Assembly (NCBI GenBank): GCA_033442325.1 | Contig: JAWQFM010000003.1 | Coordinates: 2,270,524 to 2,334,523, forward strand | DNA: 64,000 nt | From: Salpingoeca rosetta | Lineage: Eukaryota; Protista; Choanoflagellata | Reading direction: 5' to 3' | Part shown: positions 12,919 to 37,806 of the stretch, one piece after another | Layout of the letters: every line of letters starts with the position of its first letter | Numbering within the stretch: position 1 is the first letter of the stretch | The notes under the pieces: model-generated | What the model saw: only the letters and a program-made list of their open reading frames with translations | What the model was told of the DNA's origin: nothing | Database searches by the model: none | Translations under genes and position numbers: made by a program

Positions 12919-12930
12919 TTTGGCGGGAAA
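12919..12930. promoter_or_regulatory. E2F-type site (TTTGGCGGGAAA) in the NSD/Nup54 divergent promoter
   Basis: Matches the canonical E2F consensus (TTTCCCGCCAAA on the minus strand) in the 387-bp gap between head-to-head ATGs at 12670 and 13058. Confidence 0.5.
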
Positions 12931-13057
12931 ACGCCAAGTTTGCTGAAGACTTCCGTTGATAATCCAAATGAGAAGAAATGATCATTCTTCTGGAGAACCC
13001 AGTTTTCCTTCACTTTGTGCTGTTGTCTACTGGACTCAAAATCAACACACGACGACA

Positions 13058-17278
<4,221 letters not shown>

Positions 17279-17985
17279 CTAGCCTGCACAATATGTGTGT
17301 GTGTGTGTGTGTGCGTGTGTTGGTGTGCGTGTGTTGGTGTGTGTGCGTGTGTCTGTCTGTCTGTCTCTCTGTGTCAAGACTGTTAGGTGGTCTCTCTTTT
17401 TCTTTGCCTGGTGGAAGTCAATGAATAAACAACAGCTTCCAGATATCCAGGTGCCCAAGTCGCCCTGAGTCGATTCGATTGCTGTATTCGCATGTGCACG
17501 CCCCAGACAGCACGCGAAGCGCACACTTGCGGTTAAAGGGGGGGCGTAATATAGAGCGGGGGAAGCGCACAGACACACAAGACGACGACGCAACAACATC
17601 CACAGAAACAACAATAACAAGGAGGAGGAGGAGGAGGAGAGGACAGACGAGTGTGGTGGCAGAGGGCAAGATGAGGCGGGTGCCGAGCGCACTAGCCCCA
17701 CGCGGAACAGCGTCACGAAGACCAGCCAACCACCGGCAACACCACACGCCAAGTGCAGCAAGGAGAGACACGTACGGGATAACAGTGGAGAAGACGACGC
17801 CCGTGACAACAAGACGAACCAAGCAGACCCGTTGAGGTATGTACAACGGCTCTGCAAGGCACAACACTCGCCCACTTCAAGTACACACACACGCACACAA
17901 AACGAGCAACACGCACACCATCACTTACTACAATAGGACGAGACAATGGCATGTACACAAAAACACAACACAGAGGGCAGGGTGC

Positions 17986-18766
17986 TCAGTGGAAGCCAAG
18001 CTCCTCGGGGAGGGTGAGCTGGAGCTCCTCAATGACGGGCTTCAGCTGGCCGACAACGTAGTTGTATGTCTCATCATCGGGGCTCTTGTCCTTGACGCCC
18101 TCAAACACACGCACGCACCTGTCAAACAAAAAGGGAAGGGGGTGTGAAGATTGTGAGTTGCAGTGGGCACATGTTGAAGAGCAAAGCCTTGACGCGGATA
18201 CAAGACGCTAAGGCACGCAGAAACCACGTGCACACAAGCGCACGCTCCAAGCGCATATCATACATATCAAACACCCTTGACCTCTGCACCCTGCACCCCT
18301 TCGCCCTCACCCTCACACACACACACACAACCTCCCCTGTTTCACAGCTCTTTGTCTCATCCTTGCACACACACACACACGCACGCACGCACACACACAC
18401 ACACATCCTCAAACCCTCGCACCATGACACACACACACACATGCACATAAACACGCACGTGGAAAAGTCGTTGACGCGGCGGCAGGCGCGGAGGGCCTGC
18501 TCGAGGATCACGGGCTCGGGCACAAGATCGTGGGCAAAGAGGTCGTTGAGACCGCGGCGGATGGCGTGCTCGTCGAGCGTCTCGTCGGCGAAGTACGCCT
18601 TCCACTTGGCATCAAAGTCGGCATCTGAAAGCTCCTCGTGGGTCGAGTACATGCGCGCAGCCGCGGGGCGGGCAGCTGTAGCATATACAGTGGGCGCAAA
18701 CACGAGGGAGGAAGGGGGCAAGTGAGGAAGAGAGCTGTCAGATGTGTGATTCAAACTGTGGTCGTG

Positions 18767-18856
<90 letters not shown>

Positions 18857-19004
18857 GTGTGTGTGTGTGCGTGCGTGTGTGTGTGCGTGTGTGTGTGTGT
18901 GTAAGGTCGGTGACAAATGCATTCGCTTGTTATTGGGACGCACCAACGGAGCGGAGGAGACCGGCGCGGAGTGGGGCGCGGACAACAGCACGGAACAGAG
19001 ACAT
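17986..19004 (-). CDS. COX5A: Cytochrome c oxidase subunit 5A with mitochondrial presequence; 3 exons
   Basis: Presequence [20 protein letters not shown], then [68 protein letters not shown]. Confidence 0.93.
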
Positions 19005-19627
19005 GATGTCGTTGAGGTAGTGTGTTGAGAGAAGGTTGCAAAACCCTAAGTGTGCGAGCGTGTGAGTGTGTGCATGTGCATGTGCATGCATGTGCATGTG
19101 GATGTGAGTCAGTGAGTACTGGCCTTCAACAAGCACACACAAACATATGCATGTCTCTCTGTTTGCTGATCGTGGACAACTTCCACGGGTTCTCGCTGTA
19201 CTTCCACCACGCTCCCCACATGCACACACACACACTGACACTCACACTGGCACAGTACACACCGCAGACATGCGGTCTGCCACCACTGCTCTCATCACCA
19301 TCACCATCACCATCAACCACCGACAGCACGCACAGTGGTGCAAGAGCAACGAACAGGTGTGCCGAAAGGGGTGATTGCCACTCTGACGAAAGCTACCAAC
19401 GCACATCCAGGAAAAATTATGCCGAGTTGTGCTGGAAATCGGACATCAGCATAGATGTAGGCCATGCGGTATACGTTTCGCACAAGCGGCAAGCGAAAAC
19501 GTGCGCACTCAAGCAGACTATCCACACTGCACATGCACTGCCTTTTGATTTCGGTGCGCCAACAGCCAATACAGCCAATACAAACCACCAACACCACCAA
19601 CACCAACACAACGCATAGAGAGCGAGG

Positions 19628-22130
<2,503 letters not shown>

Positions 22131-22434
22131 CCGTCTCGTTCCGTGTGTGTGTGTGTGTATGCTGTGTAGGACAAGTTGACTGTCGTTCGTGTTGTGATGT
22201 GGATGTCGTGTCTGTGTGTAGCTACCCCCATGTTTGTGTATGTGTGTGTGTGTTGAAAAGTGGTGAAACAGAATACATGCGTGTTCCTTACGGTATTGTC
22301 ACGAGTGGAAGAGCGATCTCATTTTACTATTCACGGGCCAAAGTGGCACGTGTGGCACCAAGTTTCTCCACTGGCTGGCAAGTGTGACTGACACCTGACG
22401 CTTGCTTGCTTGCAACAATACTTGCGGTCACCGC

Positions 22435-26030
<3,596 letters not shown>

Positions 26031-26232
26031 CGTGGTGGTGTTGTTCAGTGGTGTTTGTTGTGGGGTGAAAAATCACGCGGCACAAAGGCAAAATTGCATT
26101 TGTTTGTCGTCACCCTTCAAAGTCAATTTTGCCTTTAAGCTGTCGTTGTTGTTGTTGTTTTGCCCGCCGCCCACAACCGAAGCAACCACAGAGCACACCA
26201 TCCAACGCTAACACCAAGCCGCACGAGCGAAG

Positions 26233-26322
26233 ATGGCCAGCCAACCGCAGCACAAAGGGAAGAGCAAGGAGCAGCCCTTGCCTGCACCGGCAGGAAAGCT
26301 CAGGTTTGTGAGTGTGTGTTGT

Positions 26323-26403
<81 letters not shown>

Positions 26404-28624
26404 GCTCCACACAACTTCGTCCTGTCTCTGTGTGCGTCCATCAGTGCAAGCAGCATTGCTGTGTGTGCCGTATGTCCTCACGCTGCTCCTTCCAACACCC
26501 TCCTCTTGTCGCTTCACTTTGGTGCAGGCGAGGTACGCGCTCATTCTCTGTCATCGACCAGCGCCAAGTGAAGGAGGCCTTGGCACGACGCCGGCTAACG
26601 AGAGCAGAGAAGCGAGAGCGGAACAAAACCATCGTCGGCACCCAAGGTCCGCACTGCTGTTGTAATGCTGCCATGCTGTCACTTGCACCTGCCTTGACAT
26701 GATATGTATTTGCAGAGAATCTCACGTTCCAAAACGTGTGTGTGTCTGTGTCTGTGTGTCTGTGTGTGTGTGTGTATGTGCGTGTATCCTTGTGTGTGTG
26801 TATGTATGTGTCTGTGTGTGTGTGTGTGTGTCTGTGTGTGTGTGTGTGTCCCTCTCTCCCTTCCTCCGCCTCCATCTGTGGTTCTGTGTAGCATCCCAGC
26901 TCCAGCAGCGGCGAGATGCCGACGACGACACGACGCCCCCGAGTGAGGAAATGGACTCGCAGCTGATGAAGGAGCTGGAGATGCGCCGCGACATCATGAA
27001 ACTGCAGAAGGAACACATCCTGCAGCTCCAGACAGAGATGAAGAAGGTCCAGGACGAAAACCAACTGCTCATCCAGACACTAGGTACATGTCACCCCCCC
27101 CCCACAAAGTACTTTTTCCTTGCAAGTCTTTTCCGCATGCAGATGGAACGTGTTTGATGTGCCCTCGTTAATCCCTTGCGCACCATGCTGCTCCTGTTCA
27201 TGTCCCGTGATTCCAACGTCTATTGTCAGCTTCCAAGGAGCGGCAGCTGAGCGATTTGAGACTGAAGATGGAGCTGTTGTCGGGTGACACCATGAAAATG
27301 TGAGCCGAACTTCGTGCGGTGCACCCCCATACGCATCACATGTCTGCCTTGATTCGCCCCTTTCCACGCTCACTCAGTCAGTCAGTCACTCACTCACTCA
27401 CTCAATCACACACACACACACACACTCACACTCACTCCACTCACTCACTCGTCTGTCGTTCCTTCCACATCATTTCGCTCAACGCCCCCTCCCCCGCCAA
27501 CACACACCCACTCACCCACCCACTCACTCACTTACTCACTCACACACACAGCCTGCAAGAGTCGAACCGGCGCCAGAGTTTGGTTGCCGATGCGCAGCAG
27601 GATGAACTGCAGGAGCACGAGCAAGTCATCGAGGACCTGACGCAAGAGCGCGATGAGGCCCTCGGCAAAGTGCAGAGCGTGAGTTGTGCTTTGATGTGCA
27701 ATGCCGTACCTGCTTGTGGTTCAGCTGTCACTTCTGCCCGCCAAGCGCGTGCGTGCGAACAAATATACTCCGTGTTCTTCTTCGCTCACCCTTTTTTGCT
27801 GCTTGCCCCCATTTCTTCCTCCCTCCACATGTGTGCAGCTGCTTGGGCTGATTGAGGACCTTGCCACGGCGCAGCAGGTCGAAGGGAAAGAGCACATGGC
27901 CGAGTCTGCCCGCGCCGTCAAATCTGCCCTCAAACTCACCGGCGACGACAAATGTGCGCGCATGTGTGTCTGTGTGTCTGTCTGTCTGTGTCTGTGTGCG
28001 TCTGTCTTTGTGTGTGTGTGTGTGTCTGTGTGTCTGTCTGTCTGTCTGTGTGTGTGTGTGTCTGTGTGTGTGTCTGTCTGTGTGTCTGTCTGTGCGTCTG
28101 TCTGTCCCTCCCTTTCTGCCTGTCTTTCTGCCTGTCTTTCTTGACTATTGAGCTGCGTTGCCAACGTTGACATGTGCGCTAACACCACCTCCACCTTCAC
28201 ACCTTGCGCCACTCCCACCTTCCACTCCTACAGTTGCTGCACTCGCTGGTGTCCGCGAAGGCCTCCTCGCCCGTTGGTCGCAGGAGGACCTTGACCGAGA
28301 GGTGCAGCGCAGCACGCCTGCGTCTCGTGTGTTGCGTTTGAAGTTGCCTGCCCGCCCATTCTCATCCTTGTTATGTGTATGTGCACATGTGCCCAAATGC
28401 TTCGCTTGCCTCCTGCCTCACGTGTCTGCTCTCTACCCTCTGCCACACCATGCACGTGCGCGCTTGTCCACTCGTGCCCGTGCACACTTTCGCACACACC
28501 GCGACAGGTTGCGCGCCAGAACGCGTTCTTGGACGAGTATCTTGACAGCGTGACGCTCGATGTCTCCGTCTCCACCGATGACGGCGCCACGGACTCCATG
28601 GTCCACCTCTCCTCATTCCAACGA

Positions 28625-28713
<89 letters not shown>

Positions 28714-29364
28714 GTGGGGTGGCATGCTTCGCACCCTTGCTTCGCACCCTTGCTTCTCGTCCTTGCTGTATTCATGCAACGCATACCCCCCCCCCCAAAA
28801 ACCTTGCTGGCCCTTTTCCTCCCCACCATCTTCACCATCACCAGGATGCGGCCGAAGCTGCGTGGACTCCTCCGGTCGACGAATGACGTGCGCATCCGCT
28901 CCACCGCCATCAGCGAACCAGCCAGCGTCGCGCCCTCCCTCAACGCGTCCCTCAACCTCTCATCCTCCTCGAACAGACACAAGTGCGTTCACAACGCACA
29001 AGTGTGTGTGTGTGTGTGTTTGTGCTGGTGTTCAAGAGGCTGCTTTCTTGAGGTCAGCCCGGTGTTTGCAACCTTCGACGTCACAATCACTCACGTTACG
29101 GATGACCCTCATAAACACATACAAGCTCATATCCACAAACCACACGCTGACATACCCGCCCACACACTCCGCGTGCCTGCTGCAGTGGCCTGCTTCGCTC
29201 GCCCTCCTCTGCGCTCCACAGTGACACGCTCCCTGCTCGCCCATGGACTTCATCGGGCCTTCCATCCCGCACCGCCAACACCACACGCCACCGCCACCAT
29301 AGCCACCGCAGCCATCATCAACACCATGGCGGTCCGTCTGCGCCATTTAGCTCGCACGCGCTGA
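26233..29364 (+). CDS. Uncharacterised coiled-coil protein; multi-exon, 3' end uncertain
   Basis: ATG 202 bp from the MVD start. GT-AG exons give QLMKELEMRRDIMKLQKEHILQLQTEMKKVQDENQLL, ELQEHEQVIEDLTQERDEALGKVQS and VARQNAFLDEYLDSV. No family recognised. Confidence 0.62.
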
Positions 29365-29629
29365 GCAGCACGTCGCGAAGTGCACACTCGCTCCACGTTC
29401 CAACAGCATCAAGCGCGCGCACGCTTTCACATGCGCACGCGCGCTCACCGCGTGCGACCAATGGGCACACGCACACGTCGCGGCTGCTGTCGCCATCACG
29501 CTCTGCTGGTTCTGTTCGTCCACGCACCGCAGATGCCGCATCAACGCGCCGGAGACCACACACCCACTTCATCTACTGACAGCACCACTAGCTGGCATTC
29601 TGTGTGTGCGTTTGTGTGTTTGTGTGTGT

Positions 29630-29712
<83 letters not shown>

Positions 29713-30233
29713 CGGGCTAAAACTTTTGACTGTGTGTGTGCTGCTCCATGTCGACAATCATCGTTACGCGACTGTCCATCTTGGTGACAATGACCATCAT
29801 TCAGTAAAGTCTGTACTTGAAACATGTACTGAAATGATGTGCGTACATTGGGCCGCTTCTCAAAGTGTACAAGCAGCATGAGCCCAACACACTTCGGGCG
29901 CCGAGCCAACACCACTGCAACCGTGCATGGCGCAAGAGTAATAATTTGGTACAACGCACACGCACGCACACGCACATACATACACACGCACACATGAAGC
30001 TTCACTACTGTGAACAAGCGAGTGGGAATACAAACTACACAAGGGGAGTCGCTCACAGGCGGGTGCGCCATGTAAATTATTTGGCGGCGGACCCATCCCC
30101 ACCAATGCAGGACGTGCAATGTAACATAACAACAGACACACACGCGCGCGGTTGCACTCACCCGCCCAATGTGGTGCATGCAAGTGCACCCGGCGTTTAT
30201 GCGTGTCAGCGCGATTCCTGCTGGGGTTTTCAA

Positions 30234-32872
30234 TTACGCAAAGGCGGCCTCGGCACGAGGATCCACCAGCTCAAATATTAACGACGCAATCTGCGGACAA
30301 CGAAAACACATGTCAAGACCAACACAACAATCGTGAGTGAAACGTACGCAGGTCAGGGAGGCACACAGGGTTTGAGCAAGAAAGAGTGCATGCGTGCATG
30401 CGTGCATGCGTGCATGCATTATGTACGCAACCCCAACCCAACCCCTTTCGCAAAGAAGCCGAATGTGCACACACACACACACATACACAAGTCTCACACA
30501 CAAGTACAAGTGCACACACACACACACAACCACACAACACCACACGCCACAACATTTCTCAGTACATGTGCGCGCGCACCTTTGCGACATCTGTTTCATG
30601 GAGATGGTATGTGTATCTGAGCTTGTCCTTGTTGAGCGACACGAGCTCAGCACCAGAGACGTTTGACAGCGCCTGCAGCGCAGATTCGCTGATGCCAAGG
30701 CCGCAACCTAAAGCAAGCAGGAATGGAGCAGTGAGCAACCACTCAATTGCACCCATTGCTCTCATTGCACTCAGCCCAGCATTGGTTGGTCCACAGCATC
30801 CAACAACAAGGGCACACAAGACACTTGTAACACAAAATCGTCCACCTTCACACAACCACGCGCAACTACACACGCGCCCACAACCACCAGGTTTTCCGTC
30901 CCCCACCTTTCAGGTATGTGGCGACGTGCTGTGCAGACCACCGTTTGATGTTAGAGGGAAGCTGGAGCTGCTCTTCCAGCTGTGCATGCAGCATTTCCAC
31001 CTCAGCGTCACCATCATCGCCACCACCATGACTACTATCGCCACCCTTGCCAACATCATCACCATCCTCTTCGTCTCGCGGTCCACTGTTGGCTCGAACA
31101 ATGCCCTGCCACCTTCCGACAGCGCCACTATCACCATCACCATCACCATCACCATCATGTGCGTATGTGTCCGCATCCGCAGCAAAGGGGTTTCCTTCGC
31201 CTGCGTTTGCGTTGCATCGGTGCAGGCGGTGATGTCTTGTCTCACACGCACTCACGACACGGCGCGTTCGCAGCGTGACCGCGCCCACAGCATCCACATC
31301 GCCCTCAAGGTCACGGCCATCACCATTGGCGCCGCTCGCAACGCCACACGCACGCGTGGCAGCTGTGGGGGCTGAGGTCACAACAAGCAAGGAAGACGAC
31401 GAGGAAGGGGAGGAAGAGACCGTGCCTCCGAAGCGGCTTGTCTCCGCCACCATCGGCGTCGGTGTTGTCGTCGCCGTTGCGGAAGTGGCGACCGGGGTGG
31501 CGTGCGCAGAGTGTGACGACGGTGAGAGCGCGCTGCCGCTGCTCATGCGTCGCAGCGCGTCGCCCTCGTCAACCGAGGAGGAGGCGCTGTGTGGGCTCTG
31601 GCTCAGCTGCCGCCGGATGTACACCCGCCGCCACGGCTCCACCCGCAGCGACGACGACGACGACGACGGTGATGGCGATCCATCTGACACGCAGGGAAGC
31701 GGCGCAGGCGCCATGGGTGTGTGGAGGGGGGGGATGTATATGTGTTGGGGGGGTTGTATGTGTGGAGGGGGGTGTATGTGTGGAGGGGAGTGTATGTGTG
31801 GGTGGGGGGGGTTGTAAGCGTGAGTGAGTCGTGTCACGGTATCCATGAGCAAGCAAACAGCAGGGCAGCACGTGCACTGTCTCAGCGCACGATCAAATGG
31901 GCGGTATTGGAACTTCAGAAGCGCCCACCTCGCGGTGTGGGGTCGTCTGGGAAGATGTCGCCGACGCGAGAAATGCAGGTGACAAGGAGGTCCTTCACCA
32001 GCTGGTCGTCCTGCATCGCCGCCTCCAACGCGTCCGCGCTATCAAGCTGCGCAGGCGGCTGCATGTGCGTGTGTGTGTGTGTGTGTGTAACGGTGAGAGA
32101 TGCATTCATGTTCATCAGGGACACACATCACACGCTGTACACACGCACGCACACACGCACGCACACACGCACGCACACACGCACACGCACACGCACTCAT
32201 GCTGTACGCACACATGCACACATGCACGCACGCACACGTATGCGCATGGCTCAACGACCTTGTTTGAGCCCTTGCGCATGAGCGTTGGAGCAAACACAAC
32301 CGCGAGGTTTGCAGCAGACATCTTGTTGATCTCGGAGCGCTCAGCAACCTGCAGATGATGGAGGAGATGAAGGTTGGCACCAGGCGACAGGGATCGCACG
32401 TGTGAATCCCACATGAGCACAGATACTTTACAAACGCACACGCGCACGCACGCACACATACATACATACATACATACATACATACATACATACATACATA
32501 CATACATACATACATACATACATACATACATACATACATACATACATACATACATACATACATACATACATACATACATACATCCATCCATCCATCCATC
32601 CATCCACATGTACGCACACATGCACACACGCACTCACTCACCGCGTGGAGGAGATTCAGAACGTCGCGCAAGACTTCTGTGTGTGCGGTTGGAAGATAAT
32701 TTGCAATTGTCTCTTTCAGCTGTGCAATGCGATCATCCTCATTTGACAGGCGGGCAATCTTCATGGGGGGGGAGAGGGGTTGATGGTTGCGGGGGTTGTG
32801 TTTGCACAAGTCGTGGAAGGAAATGAGAGGCAAGTGTTCGAATGCAAGTGTGGTTGGCAGCAGTTCATGATT

Positions 32873-32943
<71 letters not shown>

Positions 32944-34984
32944 CGTCTGTGTGTGTGTGGGTACGTCTGTGTGTGTGTGTGTGCGTGCGATATGAGCACG
33001 TGAGCATGCGGGCATGACAGGCAACACTTGCAGCAAAACCTGTAGACCTACTTCTCTGAATGTGTCGTGGAGATTTCGGGTGAAGACTGGGTTTGGGAGC
33101 TCGCGAAGAAAGAGCTTGAGCAGGCCAGCGACGGCAGACACGTTGAAGTCAAGCGGCGTCGCATCTGCAGCAGCAAATGACCAAGACAGTGACATGTCAG
33201 CAGCGCGTGGAACATTGTGTGCTTTGTATGCACGCGTGTATGCTTTATGTGTTGGTGTGTGTGTTGATGTGTGTGTGTGTTAGTGTGTGTGTGTGTGTGT
33301 GTGTGTACTGTTTGTTTGTTTGTTTGTGTGTGTGTGTGTGTGCTGTATGCCTACGTGTGCCTGGTGTGCATCCGTGACCTAAGCGGACCACGCCCACCAG
33401 CACGACTGCTTTGAACCCGACCTTTCAGCATGTCAACGTCGTTCTCAAATCCAGCACGAAGCTCCTCAATCTAACAATGCGAGCAGAGTGAACGAAGGAG
33501 GCGACAGTGAGCACAGTGTCGTTGTGTACAGCATCGCACGAACACGCACAAGGGGAATGGGAAACGGGCATGCACAATACATACTCACACTCACACTCAC
33601 ACTCACACTCACACTCACACTCACACACACGCACTCATACACTCACACACACACACGCACACACACACGCACACACACGCACACACACGCACACACACAC
33701 ACACGTACCAGGGCCGTTCTGCCCGGGACGCGGAAAACGCCTTCTTGCTCCAGACCATATTTCGTGAGGAATGCCACGCAGCTGGCAACCACCTGGCGTG
33801 CAGTGGACACGGCGGCAAAGGGAATGCAGTGCAACACAGAAAGGCAATGTGAACAACAACTACGACCGCAAGAATCCCTCCCCCCCCCCAAAAAAAAAAT
33901 CCACCACCTACTCATCGTGCACCAATGCGTCCATGCCTCCCTCCCCCATTCAACTGCTGCCAACAGGTGCTCGTTCCCTTGTCCCACCACAACAACAACC
34001 ACCGCCGCCGCCGACCTTTGGCACGCGTCTGCGTGTGCCCTTGTATGACTCAATGAGGTCCTGGCCAAACTTGAGATAGCCGAGTGCCATGTGCAGATCA
34101 GAACTGTCAACAAACCCGACGCGCCCGCTCGCATCACGCCCAATCCACACTCCACTGCCATCACGCCAAGCACAGGTCGGTACACAGCCGTGGTGGTGAT
34201 ATGGTGGTGTTGCGGTGGTGTGAGTGAATTAAGCGAAGGACAGCAACACCACACCAGGCAACTGGAGAAGAAAGTGGCGTGCACATGCAGTGCGTGTGCA
34301 TGAGAGGCATGGATGCGTCCGTACGCGGGCAGTTGGTCGACTTTGGTGGCCAGCACCTCCACGCTGTCGCCCTTTGACAGTTCCAGATACCCTGTGCACC
34401 CCAAGCATGAGCACGGTGAGCGGATGACAGCGGAAAAAAAGGGGGCGTTGGAGGAGGTAGCGGTGCGACCGTGCAGGCACAAAACGTGCCAGTGATAGGG
34501 ATGAGAGCAGAATGCATGGATGTGCACGCGCGTGTGCGTGCATTGGATGTGGAGACATTGTGTGCGGCTAACCTGGAGGCGCTCGCTTGTGTGTTTTGAT
34601 GGCATTTGCAGAGCCGATGGTGATGCTTCGACGTCGCTCCTCGAGACAGTTGCACATCTGTACAGTAACGGTGTGCAGTGCGTGCACAGACAAACGCATT
34701 TGCAAGTGCATTTGGGCGTGTGTGAGTGTGTGTGTGTGTGTATTGGGTGCAGGAACTTGCTGCACGGGGCTTCCACAGCGTTTCAAGGCTGCAGTTGATG
34801 ACACACCTCGTATGGCTCGAGATTGAGCGAGTTGGGGCGGGAGATGAGACGATGGATCATAGCTGATGGTGCGCGGGTGTGTTGTCATGAGGGGAGGGGG
34901 GTGGCAGGCGTGGTGTGTGAACGTCAAACAGAGAAGGCGGTCGGGTCGCTTCGAGCCGCGAAATGCATGCGCATGCAACCCAAG

Positions 34985-35037
<53 letters not shown>

Positions 35038-35641
35038 ATGATTTTCGCCTTGCGCGCCGCGATTGTGACGAGGCAGGACCTGCAGGCATCATGACAAAAC
35101 CTTGTGTGAGACAGCAGTCAACGCATTAGGGGCAACAGCAGCAGAGGCAGCAGCAGGAATGCAACGGGGGTGAGTGCGGCCATTGGTGTGTGTATGTCTG
35201 TGGGAGCGACTCAACAATGTCCGTCACACAGTGCCAACACGCAGCGACACATGTCACATGCACAAGTGCAAGTGCCCGCATAACACACGTGAGGACATTG
35301 GGGTTGGCGATCGCGTGTTGAGCGCATATAGGGAAGAGCGTGAGGATGATGCGGGGGAGGTGGAAGATGGCCGTAGCGCTTCCTGCGTCGCCTGCGTGCA
35401 CGAAAACATGGTCGTGTGTCGGTGATGTATGATCGGTGATATGACAAATGCGCATGAGAGATGGTGTTAAAAGGTGAATACGTATGCGTATGCATGAGCG
35501 TCGTTGATTCGCTTGCTCTGTCTGACACATGCTTCTGGCACATGACCAGAGCAATTGTATCATGTGGTCGAAGACGTGCAATGTCAGTGAGACGCACACA
35601 GTGCAACACATGCGCGTGGTGTATGCATGTGTGCAAGTGTG

Positions 35642-35679
<38 letters not shown>

Positions 35680-36386
35680 GACGTACCTCGACGCGAGCCT
35701 TGTGCAGCATTTCAACCAGCACGTCTTGGTCGAGGTCAAAGTGCTGCACGATGACATCGTTGCAATGCACGAAACCTACGGCACCTGCGTGATCCCTTGC
35801 CACCCACGCACCGCTGTTGGCCACCACGACAATGAGCAACACGACGTGAAGCGAGAAGAAGCCAACAAGTCTGAACCACCACACACAGACACGCAACCAT
35901 TGTCGCTGGCAGCAGTCACAACAGACGCAGCAGGCACAACAACAGCCACAACAGTCACAACAGTCAGACACAGCAGTCACAACAGCCAACTCACCTTGGA
36001 CCGCGGTCCATTGATAGAATTTCAATGTCATGACCAGCTTCGAGCTCAAGAAACCCATCTGCACAACGGTAGCATCATGTGTGAGCGATGTGTGCATCGT
36101 CATTGCGGCTCGAGGCAAGGTGCAATGAGGTGCACAGCACAACATGTGTCATCGCACACAAAGACAGTTTGTACACATAAACACGCACACACGCACACAC
36201 ACACACACACAGACACACGCACAAACACACACACACACACGCACGCACGCACGCACGCACGAAGCACCAACCTGCTGGCTTTCCTCTCTGAGGACTGCGA
36301 CCAGGAGCGACACGTGCAATTGCAATGGGTGCAGCTGTGCTGTTGCGATGCTGCCTGAGTACAGCTTCGAGATCGGGTTCCAGCAT
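30234..36386 (-). CDS. RhoGAP with two SH3-like domains and a C-terminal SAM domain; multi-exon, start uncertain
   Basis: SH3-like [27 protein letters not shown] and [27 protein letters not shown]. Rho[16 protein letters not shown] (Arg finger), [34 protein letters not shown] phase-matched intron 31684-31928 joins to a Ser/Asp-rich exon and a SAM domain [27 protein letters not shown]; TAA at 30234. Confidence 0.82.
32456..32606. repeat. (TACA)n followed by (TCCA)n tetranucleotide tract, intronic in the RhoGAP gene
   Basis: Directly visible. Confidence 0.95.
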
Positions 36387-36891
36387 GCTTGCTTGCTGTG
36401 TCGCGTCGGTGTTTGTGTGTGAATACGCCCAGCCGGTGGTGTCGCAGTCACACACCACAACGATGATGTGATGACACCACCTGCGGGGATGAAGCAGCAG
36501 CAGCCGGCGGCTTCACGTCGTCAGACACAACCAACACAACCGTTTCTCTCTTCCAACTCTTGTGTTCTGCTTCACTCCCACCAACAAAAATACGCACACA
36601 GCACAGGAGCAAAAAAGCAAGCAATTGGAACAAACAAGGGTGTGGTGTCGACATTGGATGCAAGAGCGGGAGCAGCAGAGTGACAGGAACAAGGAGACAG
36701 AGGAAGAGGAACAGAGAGAGAGAGAGAGAGAGCGAGCCACGTGGGTGATCAGCAGGCAAGCAGCAGGCAGGAGGCTCCCTACCTTCAACAGCAAACAATC
36801 CAGTCAGCCAACCAGCAAGCAAGTGGACAGCAACGAACGGACCTCCGCGCCCACGTCAAAACGAGGACGAGCAAGCAAGACACCAGCAAAG

Positions 36892-36990
36892 ATGATCAAG
36901 TTGTTCAAGCTGAAGGAGAAGGCCGCCGAGGAGGCTTCAAAGGAAGGCGACTCCACCTCCGCCGCACACATTCGCGCACAGAAAGGTATG

Positions 36991-37048
<58 letters not shown>

Positions 37049-37069
37049 TGTGTGAGTGAAGCTGCCTTC

Positions 37070-37106
<37 letters not shown>

Positions 37107-37739
37107 GCCGCATAAGTCTTTGCGTGCGTGTGTGCGTGTTCATGTCTTCGATCCACCGTCATCCGCGACTCACGCGGGCTGTGTCGACGCCATTGTCCAA
37201 CCACGTTGCATGTTGCGTTCCGCAGGGAGGACTGGAAGCCCGTGCTGAGCCTGCAGTCTGTGATTGATGGGCTTTCCATCTTGCTGCTGGTGTGTTGACG
37301 CTGCTAGTCTGGGTGCCACGCCGCCCACTTGCGCTTGTGTCGTCCGCATTAACACGGTTTCGCTAGCATGAATGCACATTCACAACCCCGCACTCACGAA
37401 CCCGTAAGGTGGCACATACACTCACGCAACCACGCATACTCACAAATACACACGCACTCACACACAACCACGCACACTCACAAATACACACGCACTCACA
37501 CGCACTCACACGCATGCATGCAACGACCCCAATTGCCACAGGAGCCCAACCCTTCGGATCCCCTGAACAAGGATGCAGCGAGGGCGATGAAGCAAGACTT
37601 GAACGACTTTGAGAGGGTAAGCTGAATGCTTAGTGGATCGTGCTGCTGCCACACCTTTTGTCGTCCCACTGAGAGCCCTCCCAACCCGTGCACACACACA
37701 CACACACTCACATATACACACACACTCTCTCTCCCCCCT

Positions 37740-37806
<67 letters not shown>

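Noticed and set aside
30866-31852. Separate gene starting at ATG 31714
   Set aside because: A phase-compatible intron links this exon to the RhoGAP exons, so it is treated as one gene.
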